Origin: an uncultured Candidatus Binatia bacterium
Lineage (GTDB): Bacteria; Desulfobacterota; Binatia; UBA9968; JAJDTQ01
Assembly: GCA_965242525.1 (NCBI GenBank)
Contig: OZ251459.1
Span: forward strand, 2,048,001-2,112,000
Direction of reading: 5' to 3'
DNA length: 64,000 bases
Program-made: the position numbers and the translations under genes
Shown here: piece after piece, positions 18,289 to 28,598 of the stretch
Numbering within the stretch: position 1 is the first letter of the stretch
How the letters are laid out: each line of letters opens with the position of its first letter
The notes under the pieces: model-generated
Databases searched by the model: none
What the model was told of the DNA's origin: nothing
The model's input: the letters and a program-made list of their open reading frames with translations, nothing else

Positions 18289-20250
18289 TCAGGGCCGGCG
18301 GGGAAGGCGCAGGCGCGCCAGCACCGGGTCGTGGTCGCTGGCCCGGGCCGGGGTTGCCGCGAACTCCGCGTTGACGTGCACCACGTCCACCTCGGCCGAA
18401 GCGATCAGGGAGCCGCTGACCAGGATGTGGTCCAAGGCCTGTGCGTTGCCGTCGAAGACGTAGCTGTAGCGCTCGTTCGCGGGCAGCTTCCCGGTGAGGT
18501 TGTGGAGGCTCCGTTCGAGGATCTTCAGGGGGGAGACGAATTCGAGCTCGTTGAAGTCGCCCAGCACCACCACCGGGCCGCCGTCGCGGGCCTCGAGGGC
18601 GTTGGCTACGAACGCATGGACCGCGCGGGCCTGGGCCCGGCGCCGCTCCACGCCGCGGTTCACACGAGGGTCTTCCTGAAGCTCCGTCCAAGGCTGGATG
18701 CGGCCGAACGACGGGCTGCCGCCGATCCTGGCCCTGAAGTGGACGTTGACCACCGTCACCGGGCGGGCGGGCGGGTGGGCAGAAGCGCGCAACCGGAAAC
18801 CGGCCACCAGGGGCAGCACGCTCTTGAAGAAAGGGTTGCGCGGACGGGTGCGCTGGTTCCGGGGCTCGGTGACCGTGGCCACCGAGCCCGGCGCGAGCCG
18901 CACGCGCTTGGGGTTGTACAGGAAGGCCGCGCGGATGTTGCCGCCGGGCCGGCCGCCGCTGGTGTCGTCGCCGATGAAGGGGTTGTCGATGAACCTGTAA
19001 GCCGGCCCGCCCGCCGCGGCGATGCGCGCCGTCAGCAACCGCAAGGTCCGGTCGGCCGCGGTCACGGCCGTGTTGGCCGTGCCGTCGTTGTCCTGGACCT
19101 CCTGGAGGGCCACCACGTCGGGACCCCGCAGGTTCCGGGCGATGACCGAGGCCACCGCGTCGAAGCGGCCGTCCGCCACGTCCGCGTCGCCATCGGCGTC
19201 GTTGGGGTCCAGGTTGAGCACGTTGAAGGAGGCGATGGTCAGGTAACCGTCGCGCGGGACCAAGCGCGTGGTCTCCGGCTCCAACCGCCCCCGCGGGGGC
19301 GTCACCGCCTCGGTCCCCCGCACCTCGCTGCGAGCGGGGCGAGGACGTGGACTTCCGCGCCAAGGCGTCACCGCCTCGGTGAGCCGCACCTCGTAGTTGC
19401 CGAAGCCGTAGCTCATGACGCCCGTAGCATCGCCCAGGGAATCGCCCACGTTGACGCGCGGCATGGGCCGCGGGTGGAGTCCGGGGTCGTCGTCGAGCTG
19501 GATGCGCTCGGGGTTGAAGTCGTGCGGGGCCACATTCAGGGCGCCGCGCCGGCTCAGGCCCGAAGGAGAGGTCCCGCGGGCCACCACGAAGACCTCGCCA
19601 TAGCCGCTGGTGGGGCTGACGGCCACCGCGTCCCTCACCATGACCCGCATGCCTTCCAGGGTCTCGTAGAAGTCGATGCCGTCCTCTCCCGGGTCGAAGA
19701 CCGCGAAGTTGTCGTTGTCGATGACCTCCGTGGGCGGGAGGCGTCCGCCGCTCCCCAGCACCGCGGGCGCGGGAAGGCGGTTGCCGCGCGACGTGCGCGC
19801 CACGCGCGGGCGCGTCAACTGCGTGAGTGTCAGGTTGTGGGTCGATGGCCCGCCGGGCTGGTATTCGGTCACCACTCCGCGCACGCACAGCCCGTCGCCC
19901 GCCTTCACCCCGGGCCTCCGCCGGGTGAAGACGAAGATGCCTTCCGAGGTATGTGGGTCGCCGTCTCCCGCGGGGTCCTGCAGGTAGAACCCGTCGGTGT
20001 CCACCGCGGTCACCACGCCGCCGGTGGTGACCGTGCGCCCACGGAGCGGCGATGTATGGGTCCGGCCCTGGATGCTCGCGATGGGAGTCGCCTTCGAGCC
20101 CCCGGAGATGCGGCCCTTGCAGGCCGGACCCGCCGCCCAGGCGCCGACCACCCCCTCCGCCGCACCCGCGAGCAGCAGGACGGCCGTCACCGCAGCCGTC
20201 ACTGCGTGGCAGCCGAACCGCGTGACCCATCGGAGCGCCCTTCCCGTCAT
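18289..20250 (-). CDS. Secreted endonuclease/exonuclease/phosphatase (OB-fold + EEP, ExeM/YhcR-like)
   Basis: Signal peptide; IASIQG, GFYLQD, SEGIFV, ETLEGMRV, SFNVLNL, ALQEV, GDFN, LDHIL, SDHDP. Confidence 0.88.
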   Translation of the reverse strand: MTGRALRWVTRFGCHAVTAAVTAVLLLAGAAEGVVGAWAAGPACKGRISGGSKATPIASIQGRTHTSPLRGRTVTTGGVVTAVDTDGFYLQDPAGDGDPHTSEGIFVFTRRRPGVKAGDGLCVRGVVTEYQPGGPSTHNLTLTQLTRPRVARTSRGNRLPAPAVLGSGGRLPPTEVIDNDNFAVFDPGEDGIDFYETLEGMRVMVRDAVAVSPTSGYGEVFVVARGTSPSGLSRRGALNVAPHDFNPERIQLDDDPGLHPRPMPRVNVGDSLGDATGVMSYGFGNYEVRLTEAVTPWRGSPRPRPARSEVRGTEAVTPPRGRLEPETTRLVPRDGYLTIASFNVLNLDPNDADGDADVADGRFDAVASVIARNLRGPDVVALQEVQDNDGTANTAVTAADRTLRLLTARIAAAGGPAYRFIDNPFIGDDTSGGRPGGNIRAAFLYNPKRVRLAPGSVATVTEPRNQRTRPRNPFFKSVLPLVAGFRLRASAHPPARPVTVVNVHFRARIGGSPSFGRIQPWTELQEDPRVNRGVERRRAQARAVHAFVANALEARDGGPVVVLGDFNELEFVSPLKILERSLHNLTGKLPANERYSYVFDGNAQALDHILVSGSLIASAEVDVVHVNAEFAATPARASDHDPVLARLRLPRRP

Positions 20251-20322
20251 GGGTAACCGAATACCACGCGCCGTCTGGCAGGGCCAAGGCGCCGACCTCG
20301 TAATTCCCACAGACGCACACGC

Positions 20323-20730
20323 CCCGTCATTCCCGCGAAAGCGGGAATCCATTTTCCTCGACCTCGTTGTACAAACATCTCCAGGTCGGAGGACTCTTCT
20401 CGATCAACCCGATCTTCCATGCCCGATTCCATTTCCTGACCGCCTCTTCTCTCTGGATAGCGATTTCCATGGATTCAGGAACCCCGTATCCAATCCACTG
20501 GTCACAGTGATGCAGGGCGCCATGAGGTTCGCTCGCAGGGATGGAAACACGGGGGTTTTCAATGGGAATGGATGGATTCCTGCTTTCGCGGGAATGACGG
20601 GGTGGGCGTCCGCGGCGCCTGCCTCCAGGCTTACTGCCTGATGGGGCAGGTCCGCAGAAACGGTGGAATGACGGCGTGATCCCTGCCTCTCCCCTTTCCC
20701 TCCTGCCTTACCCACACGAAAGCCGGAAGA
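20323..20730. mobile_element. Family A element carrying a GIY-YIG nuclease remnant between inverted REPs
   Basis: REPs at about 20325-20350 and 20574-20599; right end CCTTACCCACACGAAAGCCGGAAG. Confidence 0.7.
20327..20470 (-). pseudogene. GIY-YIG nuclease (small UPF0213-like) C-terminal half
   Basis: Translates MEIAIQREEAVRKWNRAWKIGLIEKSPPTWRCLY, matching the AIxREKxxKxWxRxWKxxLIExxNPxWxDLY family signature; GIY/YIG N-terminus absent. Confidence 0.8.
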
Positions 20731-20801
20731 GACCGAGAGTTCTCCCCTGCCTCCACGTGCGGCCGGTTGCCCAGGGTTCGCGCTTGCGGGTATGATCGGA
20801 A

Positions 20802-21006
20802 GGAACGTCCGATCAATTCCGGCTCGAGGTCCTTCTCCCGGTGGGAAAGGGCGTCCTTCGACTTCGCTTCGCTACGCTCAGGACGAACGGAGGACTCGTT
20901 TTGCTACGCTCAGGATGAACGGAGGTTCGCTACTCTACGCTCAGGATGAGCGGAGGACTTCGCTTCGCTACCCTCGGGACGAACGGGGATATCGTTCAGG
21001 GTTTCC
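20802..21006. repeat. Family B element with four tandem degenerate cores
   Basis: Four copies of about 31-35 bp, CTACGCTCAGGA(C/T)GAACGG-like, head to tail between TIRs. Confidence 0.75.
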
Positions 21007-21176
21007 GGAAGCCGGTTTCAGGAAGATTTGGCCTATCGACCACGGAAAGGAGGGCTTGTCGTCAAGGAACCGACCATGCGGCCGGCGGCGACAGGCGAGA
21101 CCCGTTGAGCGCTGATACCACCATCCGGGAAGGACGGCTTCGACCTGTTCCTGACCCGGGAGAGAGTCGAGGCAGG

Positions 21177-24100
21177 TTGAGCGACGATACCACCATCCGG
21201 GAAGGACAGGTCCTGACCGGGCCGCTGTTCAGCGAGCCCATGCGGGTGGAGACCTTGCGGCCCATCGGGCCTGACGCCCTGGAAGCGGGGCTGGTGGGGC
21301 AGCGGACGGAACGGTTCCGGCGGGTCACGCTGACCGGGAGCGACCTGCGGGGACTGGCCATCGCCAACCCGTCTCCTTCCTACGACGGCGACGGAGGGCT
21401 GCTGCGGCTTGGGCTCCAGGCATACTCCCTGGGCATCGCCTACGAGTTCGACCCCTGTTTCGGGCTGTCCGTCTCGCGGGTGGACCCCCTGCCCCACCAG
21501 TTGGAAGCGGTCTATGACCATCTCCTCAAGCTCCCCAGCGTCCGGTTCCTGCTGGCCGACGACGCCGGCGCCGGCAAGACCATCATGGCGGGCCTGCTGG
21601 TGCGCGAGCTCAAGCTGCGCGGCCTGGTGGAGCGCGTCCTGGTGGTCTGCCCCGCGAACCTGACCTTCCAGTGGCAGCGGGAGCTCAGGGAGAAGTTCGA
21701 CGAGAAGTTTTCCGTGTTCAGGGGCAGCGACATCCACAACCAGTTCGGACTGAACCAGTGGATCGAACAGAGGCAGGTCATCACCTCCCTCGACTTGGCC
21801 AAGCGCTCCGACATCCTGCCGTCACTGCGCCAAGCGCATTGGGACCTGGTGATCGTGGACGAGGCCCACCGCATGTCGGCGCGGGACGAGACCCACAAGA
21901 GCCAGCGCTACCGGCTGGGGGAGATCCTCCGGGACAGCGCGGACAACGTGTTGCTGCTCACCGCCACCCCGCACAAGGGCGACCCCCACAACTTCACACT
22001 GTTCCTGCAACTGCTGGACCGGGACGCCTACGCCGACGTGCGCTCCATCCGAGAGGCCATGGAGCGGCGGCGCGCCCCCTTCTACCTGCGCCGGACCAAG
22101 GAGGCCATGTGCTACTTTCCGGAGCGCCGGACGGACGGGGGATGGGCCGCCAAGCCCGTGTTCACCAAACGCATCACGCACACCGCGGGCTTCGCCATGG
22201 ACGGCGCCGAGTTCGAGCTGTACCAGGCGGTCACCCGCTTCGTGAAGCGGCAGAGCGCCCGGGCCGCGGCCCAGGGCGACGACCCGCGGGCCCGGGCCGT
22301 GGGCTTCCTCATGTCGTTGTACCAGCGGCGTCTGGCCTCCAGCGCCTACGCCATGCGGCGGTCCCTGGAGAACCGGGCCCGACGCCTGGAGGAGGGCCTC
22401 GACCGCGCCCGGGAGCTGGCGCGAACGGCGCCGCCGGACCTTCCCGACCCGGAAGAACTGGAGGAGATGGAGGACGCCGAGCGCGAACGCCTGGAACGGC
22501 TGCTGGAGGCGGTCACGCTGGCGGGCAACGCCGAACAGGTCCGTGAGGAAGCGGCCGAACTCCGCCAGCTTGCCGAAGCGGCGAAGGCGGTCGAAGGCCC
22601 CGAAGGCCAGGCGAAACTGGGACGCCTCCGGGACATCATGCAGGACCAGGGGTTCTTCGACCGCCCCGACCAGCGGTTGCTGGTCTTCACCGAGTTCAGG
22701 GACACCCTGGACTACCTGACGGACCAACTGAAGGCGTGGGGGTTCAAGGTCGGGTGCATCCACGGCGGCATGAAGGGCGGCTCGCGGGACGAACCGGGCT
22801 CGCGGGTCCATGCGGAACAGCAGTTCCGGGACGGCGAAGTCCAGGTGCTGGTGGCCACCGAAGCGGCCGGCGAAGGCATCAACCTCCAGTGCTGCCACAT
22901 CCTCTTCAACTACGACATCCCCTGGAACCCCAACCGGCTGGAACAGCGCATGGGCCGCATCCACCGCTACGGACAGCGCTCGGACTGCCTGATCTTCAAC
23001 TTCGTGGCCGCCAACACCATCGAAGGCCGGGTGCTCCGGCGCCTGCTGGACAAGCTCCAGGAGATCCGCGACGCCCTGGACGACGACGCGGTGTTCAACG
23101 TGGTGGGCGAGGTCTTGCCCTCCGCCCACGTGGAGCGGGTGCTGCGGGACTACTACGCGGGCAGGCTGGGGGACGCCGACCTGGAGGACCGGCTCCTGAA
23201 GGACGTGGACGAAGGGCGCTTCCGGGCCATCTGCCAGACGGCCCTGGAGGGCTTGGCCGCCAAGAAGCTGGACCTGGACATGCTCGTGGAGCGCCGCGCC
23301 CGGGCACGGGAACGGCGCGTGGTGCCCGAGACCCTGGCGCGTTTCCTCGCCGCAAGCGCCCCCGAGGCGGGCCTCACCCTCGACTTGGCCCCCGGCCTGC
23401 CCCATACCTTCGACCCGGGCCGGACGCCCACCGCGTTGAAGCGCTACGAACGGGAACCGGACTGGAGGCTTCCGGGACTCGTCTCCCGCTACCCTCGCCT
23501 GTCCACGGACCGGGGCGCCGCGGAGGCGCGCCACCTGGAATGGGTCACTCCCGGCCATCCCCTGTTCGAGGCCCTGCGCCGCCACAGTTTCGACCTGGCC
23601 CGGGATGCCTTCGCCAAAGGGGCCTGCTTCCATTCCCTGGAGCACCAAGCCCCGGCGCGGCTCGACTTCTACCGGGCGCGGGTGGTGGACGGCCTGGGGC
23701 GCGTGGTCCACGAACGGCTGTTCGCCCTGGAGTTGGCGGACGGCCGCGAGCCGCGCCTCCGGGAACCCGACGTCCTCGGCAACCTGACCCCTGCCGCGGC
23801 TTCGCACCCCCTGCCCGCGGCGGCCGCGCTTCCCGAAGCCGCGGCGTGGCTCAACGAGCACGCGCTCACGCCATTCCTCCAGGAGGTCCGGGAGGAGCGG
23901 GTCACCGAGATCGACCGCATCGCCGAGCACGTGGAGATGTCGCTCACCGAGGTGCTGCAACGCACGGACCGGGAGATGGGCCACGCCGCGGAGGAGGCGA
24001 AGAAACAGGCCACCGGCGCCGAAGGACGCATGGCGCAGGCCTACGCCCGCCACGACGAGGCCACGGCCCGGCGCGACCGGCGCAGGCAGGAACTCGACCG

Positions 24101-24620
24101 GCAACGGGCGTTGACCCTCCAGGGGGTCGAGCGGCTGGCCAGCGTCCTGGTGCTGCCCCATCCCGACGGCGAGACCCCCGAAGTGCGGCGGCTGCGCCCC
24201 AACCCGGAGACCGAACACACCGCCATGCAGGTGGCCATGGAGCACGAGAAGGCCCAGGGCCGCCAAGTCTTCGACGTCCACGAGAAGAACCTGGGCTACG
24301 ACGTGACCAGCCTGGACCTGGTATCGGGCGAACTGCGGCTGATCGAGGTCAAGGGACTCGCCGGGGCCAGGGGCGCGGTCCTGCTCACCCCCAACGAGCG
24401 GCGCGTGGCCGAGGACCGCCGGGACTGCTACTGGCTCTACGTGGTCACGGACTGCGCCGCGGAACCGGCCTTGCAGGACCCCATCCGGGACCCGGCCCGC
24501 TTCCCCTGGCGCGAGGTCCGCAAGGTGGCCCATTACTACCTGGGCGTGGATGCCCTGAAGCAGCCCACGGAGGTCCGGGAGGATGCGCCGTCTTACGACG
24601 GAGAGGACGGGGCGTCCTGA
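21177..24620 (+). CDS. SNF2-family helicase with C-terminal DUF3883 (PD-(D/E)XK-like) domain
   Basis: PLPHQLEAVY, ADDAGAGKT, DEAH, LTATPH, EGINLQ, WNPNRLEQRMGRIHR, GYDVTS...IEVKG; TTG start uncertain because the 5' end is duplicated. Confidence 0.9.
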   Translation: MSDDTTIREGQVLTGPLFSEPMRVETLRPIGPDALEAGLVGQRTERFRRVTLTGSDLRGLAIANPSPSYDGDGGLLRLGLQAYSLGIAYEFDPCFGLSVSRVDPLPHQLEAVYDHLLKLPSVRFLLADDAGAGKTIMAGLLVRELKLRGLVERVLVVCPANLTFQWQRELREKFDEKFSVFRGSDIHNQFGLNQWIEQRQVITSLDLAKRSDILPSLRQAHWDLVIVDEAHRMSARDETHKSQRYRLGEILRDSADNVLLLTATPHKGDPHNFTLFLQLLDRDAYADVRSIREAMERRRAPFYLRRTKEAMCYFPERRTDGGWAAKPVFTKRITHTAGFAMDGAEFELYQAVTRFVKRQSARAAAQGDDPRARAVGFLMSLYQRRLASSAYAMRRSLENRARRLEEGLDRARELARTAPPDLPDPEELEEMEDAERERLERLLEAVTLAGNAEQVREEAAELRQLAEAAKAVEGPEGQAKLGRLRDIMQDQGFFDRPDQRLLVFTEFRDTLDYLTDQLKAWGFKVGCIHGGMKGGSRDEPGSRVHAEQQFRDGEVQVLVATEAAGEGINLQCCHILFNYDIPWNPNRLEQRMGRIHRYGQRSDCLIFNFVAANTIEGRVLRRLLDKLQEIRDALDDDAVFNVVGEVLPSAHVERVLRDYYAGRLGDADLEDRLLKDVDEGRFRAICQTALEGLAAKKLDLDMLVERRARARERRVVPETLARFLAASAPEAGLTLDLAPGLPHTFDPGRTPTALKRYEREPDWRLPGLVSRYPRLSTDRGAAEARHLEWVTPGHPLFEALRRHSFDLARDAFAKGACFHSLEHQAPARLDFYRARVVDGLGRVVHERLFALELADGREPRLREPDVLGNLTPAAASHPLPAAAALPEAAAWLNEHALTPFLQEVREERVTEIDRIAEHVEMSLTEVLQRTDREMGHAAEEAKKQATGAEGRMAQAYARHDEATARRDRRRQELDRQRALTLQGVERLASVLVLPHPDGETPEVRRLRPNPETEHTAMQVAMEHEKAQGRQVFDVHEKNLGYDVTSLDLVSGELRLIEVKGLAGARGAVLLTPNERRVAEDRRDCYWLYVVTDCAAEPALQDPIRDPARFPWREVRKVAHYYLGVDALKQPTEVREDAPSYDGEDGAS

Positions 24621-24641
24621 ACCGAGGTCGGAACGATGACG

Positions 24642-24772
24642 GGAACCTCTGAACAATCGGGAGAGAGCGTCCTTCGACTTCGCTTCGCTACGCTCAGGAC
24701 GAACGGGGATAGGGGCGTCAGGGTGAGGGAATCGGGAATCCATCCCGGATGTCTCGATTGTTCAGAGGTTCC
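24642..24772. mobile_element. Family B miniature element with perfect 18-bp TIRs
   Basis: GGAACCTCTGAACAATCG ... CGATTGTTCAGAGGTTCC. Confidence 0.85.
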
Positions 24773-24799
24773 GACGATAGCCGAGCACGAGGAGACCCG

Positions 24800-26048
24800 G
24801 TGATCGAGCGCGTGACCATACGGCATTTCAAACGGTTTCGGGACCAGAGCTTCGACTTGGCCGAATCGGTGGTGCTCGCCGGACCGAACAACGCCGGCAA
24901 GTCCACGCTGCTACAGGCCATAGCCGCCTGGAAGATGGGGCTGGACCGATGGGTGGCGCAGCGCGGGGGCAGCAAGGCGGCCACGCGGTCCGGCGTAGCC
25001 ATCACGCGCAACGACTTTACCGCAGTGCCGCTCCGCGAGATGAACCTGTTGTGGGAGGACCGGAAGGTGACCGGCCAGGCGGGGACGGCGGGAGCGCCCA
25101 GACCCATCGAGATCGTCGTCAGGGGAAAGGCCGGAGAGGCAACGTGGAACTGCGGGATGGAGTTCCAGTACGCCAACCGGGACCTGGTGTACGTGCGGCC
25201 CCGCGGCGCCAAGGACCTCGACCGCGAAGCCATCCGGAACTTTCCGCCCGCGGCTGCCAGGGACCTCGGCATCGTCCATGTGCCGCCGCTCTTCGGCATC
25301 GAGCGCGACGAGCCGCGGCGCGACCGCGGCATGCAGGACCTGCTGGTGGGTCAGGGGCGTCCGGGCGAAATCATCCGGAACCTCCTGCTGGAGATTGCCG
25401 AGAACGACCCGGAAGGCTGGCTGTCGCTCGGAGAGTTCTTCAGGGACCTCTTCCGTATCGACCTGCTGAAACCCGACTACTCGCCAGCGCAACCCTACAT
25501 CGTGTGCGAGTACCGCGAGCCGGACCATAGCCGGCCGCTGGACCTGTCCAACGCCGGGAGCGGAACGCTCCAGGTCCTGCTCCTGCTGGCGTTCCTGTAC
25601 GCGCGGCCGGCCACGGTCATCCTGCTCGACGAACCGGACGCGCACCAGCACGTCATCCTGCAACGACAGGTGTACGACCTGCTTCGCAAGGTGGCCCGGG
25701 ACCGCGGGGGGCAGGTGGTCATTGCCACCCACTCCGAGGTGGTGATCGACGCGACGGAGCCCACACGGGTGCTCGCGTTCCTGGGACAGGAGCCGCGCCC
25801 GCTCACCGACCGAAACGAACGAGACCGGCTCCGGGAGGCGCTCAAGCGGGTGACCACCAACCCTCGTGCCCCTTCTCGATGACATGGACCTCCCGACGCC
25901 CAAGCGGGATCTCTACCTGCTGGCCGAGAAGATGGCCGCGGAAGAAATCCACCCCGAAGTCATCGAGAAGCTGGACCGGCTGGCGGAGGTGCTGCTTCCC
26001 TCAAAGTTCGAGGCGGTTGGCAACGGTCACGGAGGACCGGACTCTTGA
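24800..26048 (+). pseudogene. OLD-like ABC ATPase; C-terminal (TOPRIM) region apparently deleted, leaving an out-of-frame tail at 25866-26048
   Basis: GAGGAG RBS; FKRF, GPNNAGKS, GSG, LLDEPDAHQH, ATHS; frame ends soon after LREALKRVTT; tail PKRDLYLLA...EIHPEVIEKLD. Confidence 0.7.
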
Positions 26049-27739
26049 CCCCTGAAAGCATCGAGGCGCTCATCCAAGGCGGCGAGACGCTTGCGGTGGA
26101 GTTCGAGGGGGAGGATGCCCGCCCCTTCTCCGACCGTGAGCTGGTCGAAACGGTCGTCTGTCTCGCCAACCGGAGCGACGACGGCGACGGCTGGCTGCTG
26201 GTCGGCGTCGAGGACGACGGGCGCGTGAGCGGCGCCCGGCCCCGCCATGAAGCAGGCGGGACCGACCCCGGACGGGTACGGGCCCTCGTCGCGAGCCGCA
26301 CCCGTCCGTCCCTCTCCGTCCGCGCCGAAGTGGTGGCGCTGGCAGGCCGGGAGGTCCTCGTCATCGAGGTCCCGTCCGTGCGCCAACCCACCGGCGTCTC
26401 GGACGGCCGCTACCTGCGCCGCGCCATCGGCGGGGACGGCAAGCCTTGCTGCGTCCCGTTCCACTTCCACGAGATGCAGGCGCAGCAGGCCGACCGCGGT
26501 CTGCTCGATTACTCGGCGCTGCGGCTGGACGGCGTCGGAACGGAGGCGCTGGACCCGCTGGAGTTCGAGCGCTTCCGCCGCATGATCCGGGAGAACCTGA
26601 GCTGCGGGGACGCGGCCCTGCTCGAACTCAGCGACCTGGAGCTCGCCAAGGCGCTGGGCGCAGTCGAATGCGGCAACGGCGAGGTCTCGGTCAGGGTTCT
26701 GGGACTCCTGCTCTTCGGTCGAACGGATGCCCTGGCTTCCATGCTTCCCGCGCACGAGGTCGCGTTCCAAATGCTTTCCGGCACGGAGGTGGAGGTCAAC
26801 GACTTCTTCCGCTGGCCCCTGCTCCGGGTCATGGAGGAGTTGGAGGCGCGCTTCCGGGCGCACAACCGGGAGCGGGAAATCTTCGTCGGGATGGTGCGCA
26901 TCGGAGTGCCCGATTACCCGGAGCGCGCCTTCCGCGAAGGCGTCGCCAACGCCTTGATCCACCGGGATTACACGAGCCTCGGCGCCGTCCACGTGCAGTG
27001 GCGGGAGGACCGGATGGAGATCTCGAACCCCGGCGGGTTTCCGTCGGGCGTGCGCCTGGACAACCTGCTGGTGACCGGACCGCGGCCCCGCAACCCGCTG
27101 TTGGCCGACGCCTTCAAGCGCGCCGGCATCGTGGAGCGCACCGCCCGCGGCATCGACACCATCTTCCACGAACAACTCCGCAACGGCCGCCCCGCACCCT
27201 CCTACGAACGCAGCACCGAGGCCGGCGTCACCCTGGCGCTGCCCGGCGGCGAACCCAACCTCGATTTCGTGCGTCTGGCAGCGGAAGAAGGACGACAGGG
27301 CCGGCCCCTCTCCCCGGATGAACTGCTGCTCCTGAACGCACTGGAGCGCGAGCCGCGGCTGACCGCCGTGCGGGCGGCTGCAACGATCCAGAGGGGAAAC
27401 GGCGAGGCGGAGGCCGTTTTGCGAAAGCTGTGCGAGCGCGGTATCGTCGAGGCCCGGGGCGCCGCTCCGCGGCAGACGTTCAGGCTCTCCGAAGCCGCTA
27501 TTCGGCGGCTCGGGGGCCGAAGGGCCGCTGGCGAGGGACGGGGGGCATCCGCTCGGCACGACGAGAAGATACGCCGGTACGTCGAGGAACACGGCTCGAT
27601 CTCGCGGAGGGAGGCCGCGGAACTCTGCGCCATCGACGCGCCTCGGGCCTACAGGTTGCTGAAGAAGATGGAGACGGACGGGGTTCTTCGCCGTGTCGGG
27701 ACCAACGGAAGGGGCGCTCGCTATGAAAGAAACGCATAG
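26045..27739 (+). CDS. Schlafen AlbA_2 + HATPase_c_4 + winged-HTH protein
   Basis: VEFEGE, CLAN, LLVGVEDDG, REGVANALIHRDY, SNPGGF, RNP, C-terminal HGSISRREAAELC. Confidence 0.85.
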   Translation: MTPESIEALIQGGETLAVEFEGEDARPFSDRELVETVVCLANRSDDGDGWLLVGVEDDGRVSGARPRHEAGGTDPGRVRALVASRTRPSLSVRAEVVALAGREVLVIEVPSVRQPTGVSDGRYLRRAIGGDGKPCCVPFHFHEMQAQQADRGLLDYSALRLDGVGTEALDPLEFERFRRMIRENLSCGDAALLELSDLELAKALGAVECGNGEVSVRVLGLLLFGRTDALASMLPAHEVAFQMLSGTEVEVNDFFRWPLLRVMEELEARFRAHNREREIFVGMVRIGVPDYPERAFREGVANALIHRDYTSLGAVHVQWREDRMEISNPGGFPSGVRLDNLLVTGPRPRNPLLADAFKRAGIVERTARGIDTIFHEQLRNGRPAPSYERSTEAGVTLALPGGEPNLDFVRLAAEEGRQGRPLSPDELLLLNALEREPRLTAVRAAATIQRGNGEAEAVLRKLCERGIVEARGAAPRQTFRLSEAAIRRLGGRRAAGEGRGASARHDEKIRRYVEEHGSISRREAAELCAIDAPRAYRLLKKMETDGVLRRVGTNGRGARYERNA

Positions 27740-28061
27740 AAACGCACCGCTCGACCAGAAGACGTTGGACGACGTTATCCGGCGGGTCGTCGGAGCGGCT
27801 CAACCGGAAAAGATCATCCTCTTCGGGTCCGCGGCCCGGGGCACCATGGGACCGGACAGCGACGTGGACCTCCTCGTCGTCAAAGAGGGCGCAGACCCCC
27901 TCGACCTCACGGCTCGGATCTACAGGAAGCTGTACGGGGTCGGCGTACCCGTCGATGCCATCGTCGTCACCCCCGCGGACATGGAGCGCTTCAAGGACAG
28001 TCACGCCCTGGTCATCAAACCCGCTCTCCGGGAGGGACGGGTCGTATATGAAGCCGCCTGA
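27723..28061 (+). CDS. Minimal nucleotidyltransferase (MNT antitoxin)
   Basis: IILFGSAARG...DSDVDLLVV, VD. Confidence 0.9.
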   Translation: MKETHRNAPLDQKTLDDVIRRVVGAAQPEKIILFGSAARGTMGPDSDVDLLVVKEGADPLDLTARIYRKLYGVGVPVDAIVVTPADMERFKDSHALVIKPALREGRVVYEAA

Positions 28062-28440
28062 ACGTTTTCCGCCCGATGATCCGCGGGAATGGTTGAATCG
28101 CGCCAGAAGCAACTTGGCGTTGGCGGAGACTCGTACCGCCGGCGTCTATCTGGAAGACCTGTGTTTCGAGGCCCAGCAGGCGGCAGAGAAGGCCATCAAG
28201 TCGGTGATGATAAAGCGTAACCTCGAATATCCCTACCTGCATGACTTGTCTCACCTGTTGTCGCTCCTTGAAGAAGCAGGCGAGACGATCCCGGACATGG
28301 TCCGCAAGGCCGGGGAATTGGCTCCATATGCGGTGAGCATACGCTATCCCGGAACTACCAGACCAGTCGCCGTACACGAGTACGAGAAAGTGATCGAGAT
28401 TGCTGCGGCCGTCGTCCGGTGGGCTGAGAGAGTCCGATGA
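28048..28440 (+). CDS. HEPN domain protein (toxin partner)
   Basis: EWLNRARSNL, CFEAQQAAEKAIK, HDL, RYP; overlaps the MNT stop. Confidence 0.9.
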   Translation: MKPPERFPPDDPREWLNRARSNLALAETRTAGVYLEDLCFEAQQAAEKAIKSVMIKRNLEYPYLHDLSHLLSLLEEAGETIPDMVRKAGELAPYAVSIRYPGTTRPVAVHEYEKVIEIAAAVVRWAERVR

Positions 28441-28456
28441 CACCCGAACAATGCAA

Positions 28457-28589
28457 GGAACTTCTGAACAATCGAAACAGAGGCAAGAGCCCGTCCTTCG
28501 ACTCCGCTTCGCTACGCTCAGGACGAACGGGGATAGGACGGTCAGGGTGAGGGAATCCATCCGGGATGTCTCGATTGTTCAGAGGTTCC
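28457..28589. mobile_element. Family B miniature element
   Basis: GGAACTTCTGAACAATCG...CGATTGTTCAGAGGTTCC. Confidence 0.82.
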
Positions 28590-28598
28590 ACAAGCAGG

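Noticed and set aside
20855-20990. CRISPR-like tandem repeats
   Set aside because: Degenerate head-to-tail copies of the family B core with no unique spacers, and no cas genes in the window
21822-24743. Long antisense and alternate-frame ORFs (also 39006-41909, 7547-9682, 17999-20320 and others)
   Set aside because: Shadow ORFs of GC-rich genes with no recognisable motifs; several start inside repeats
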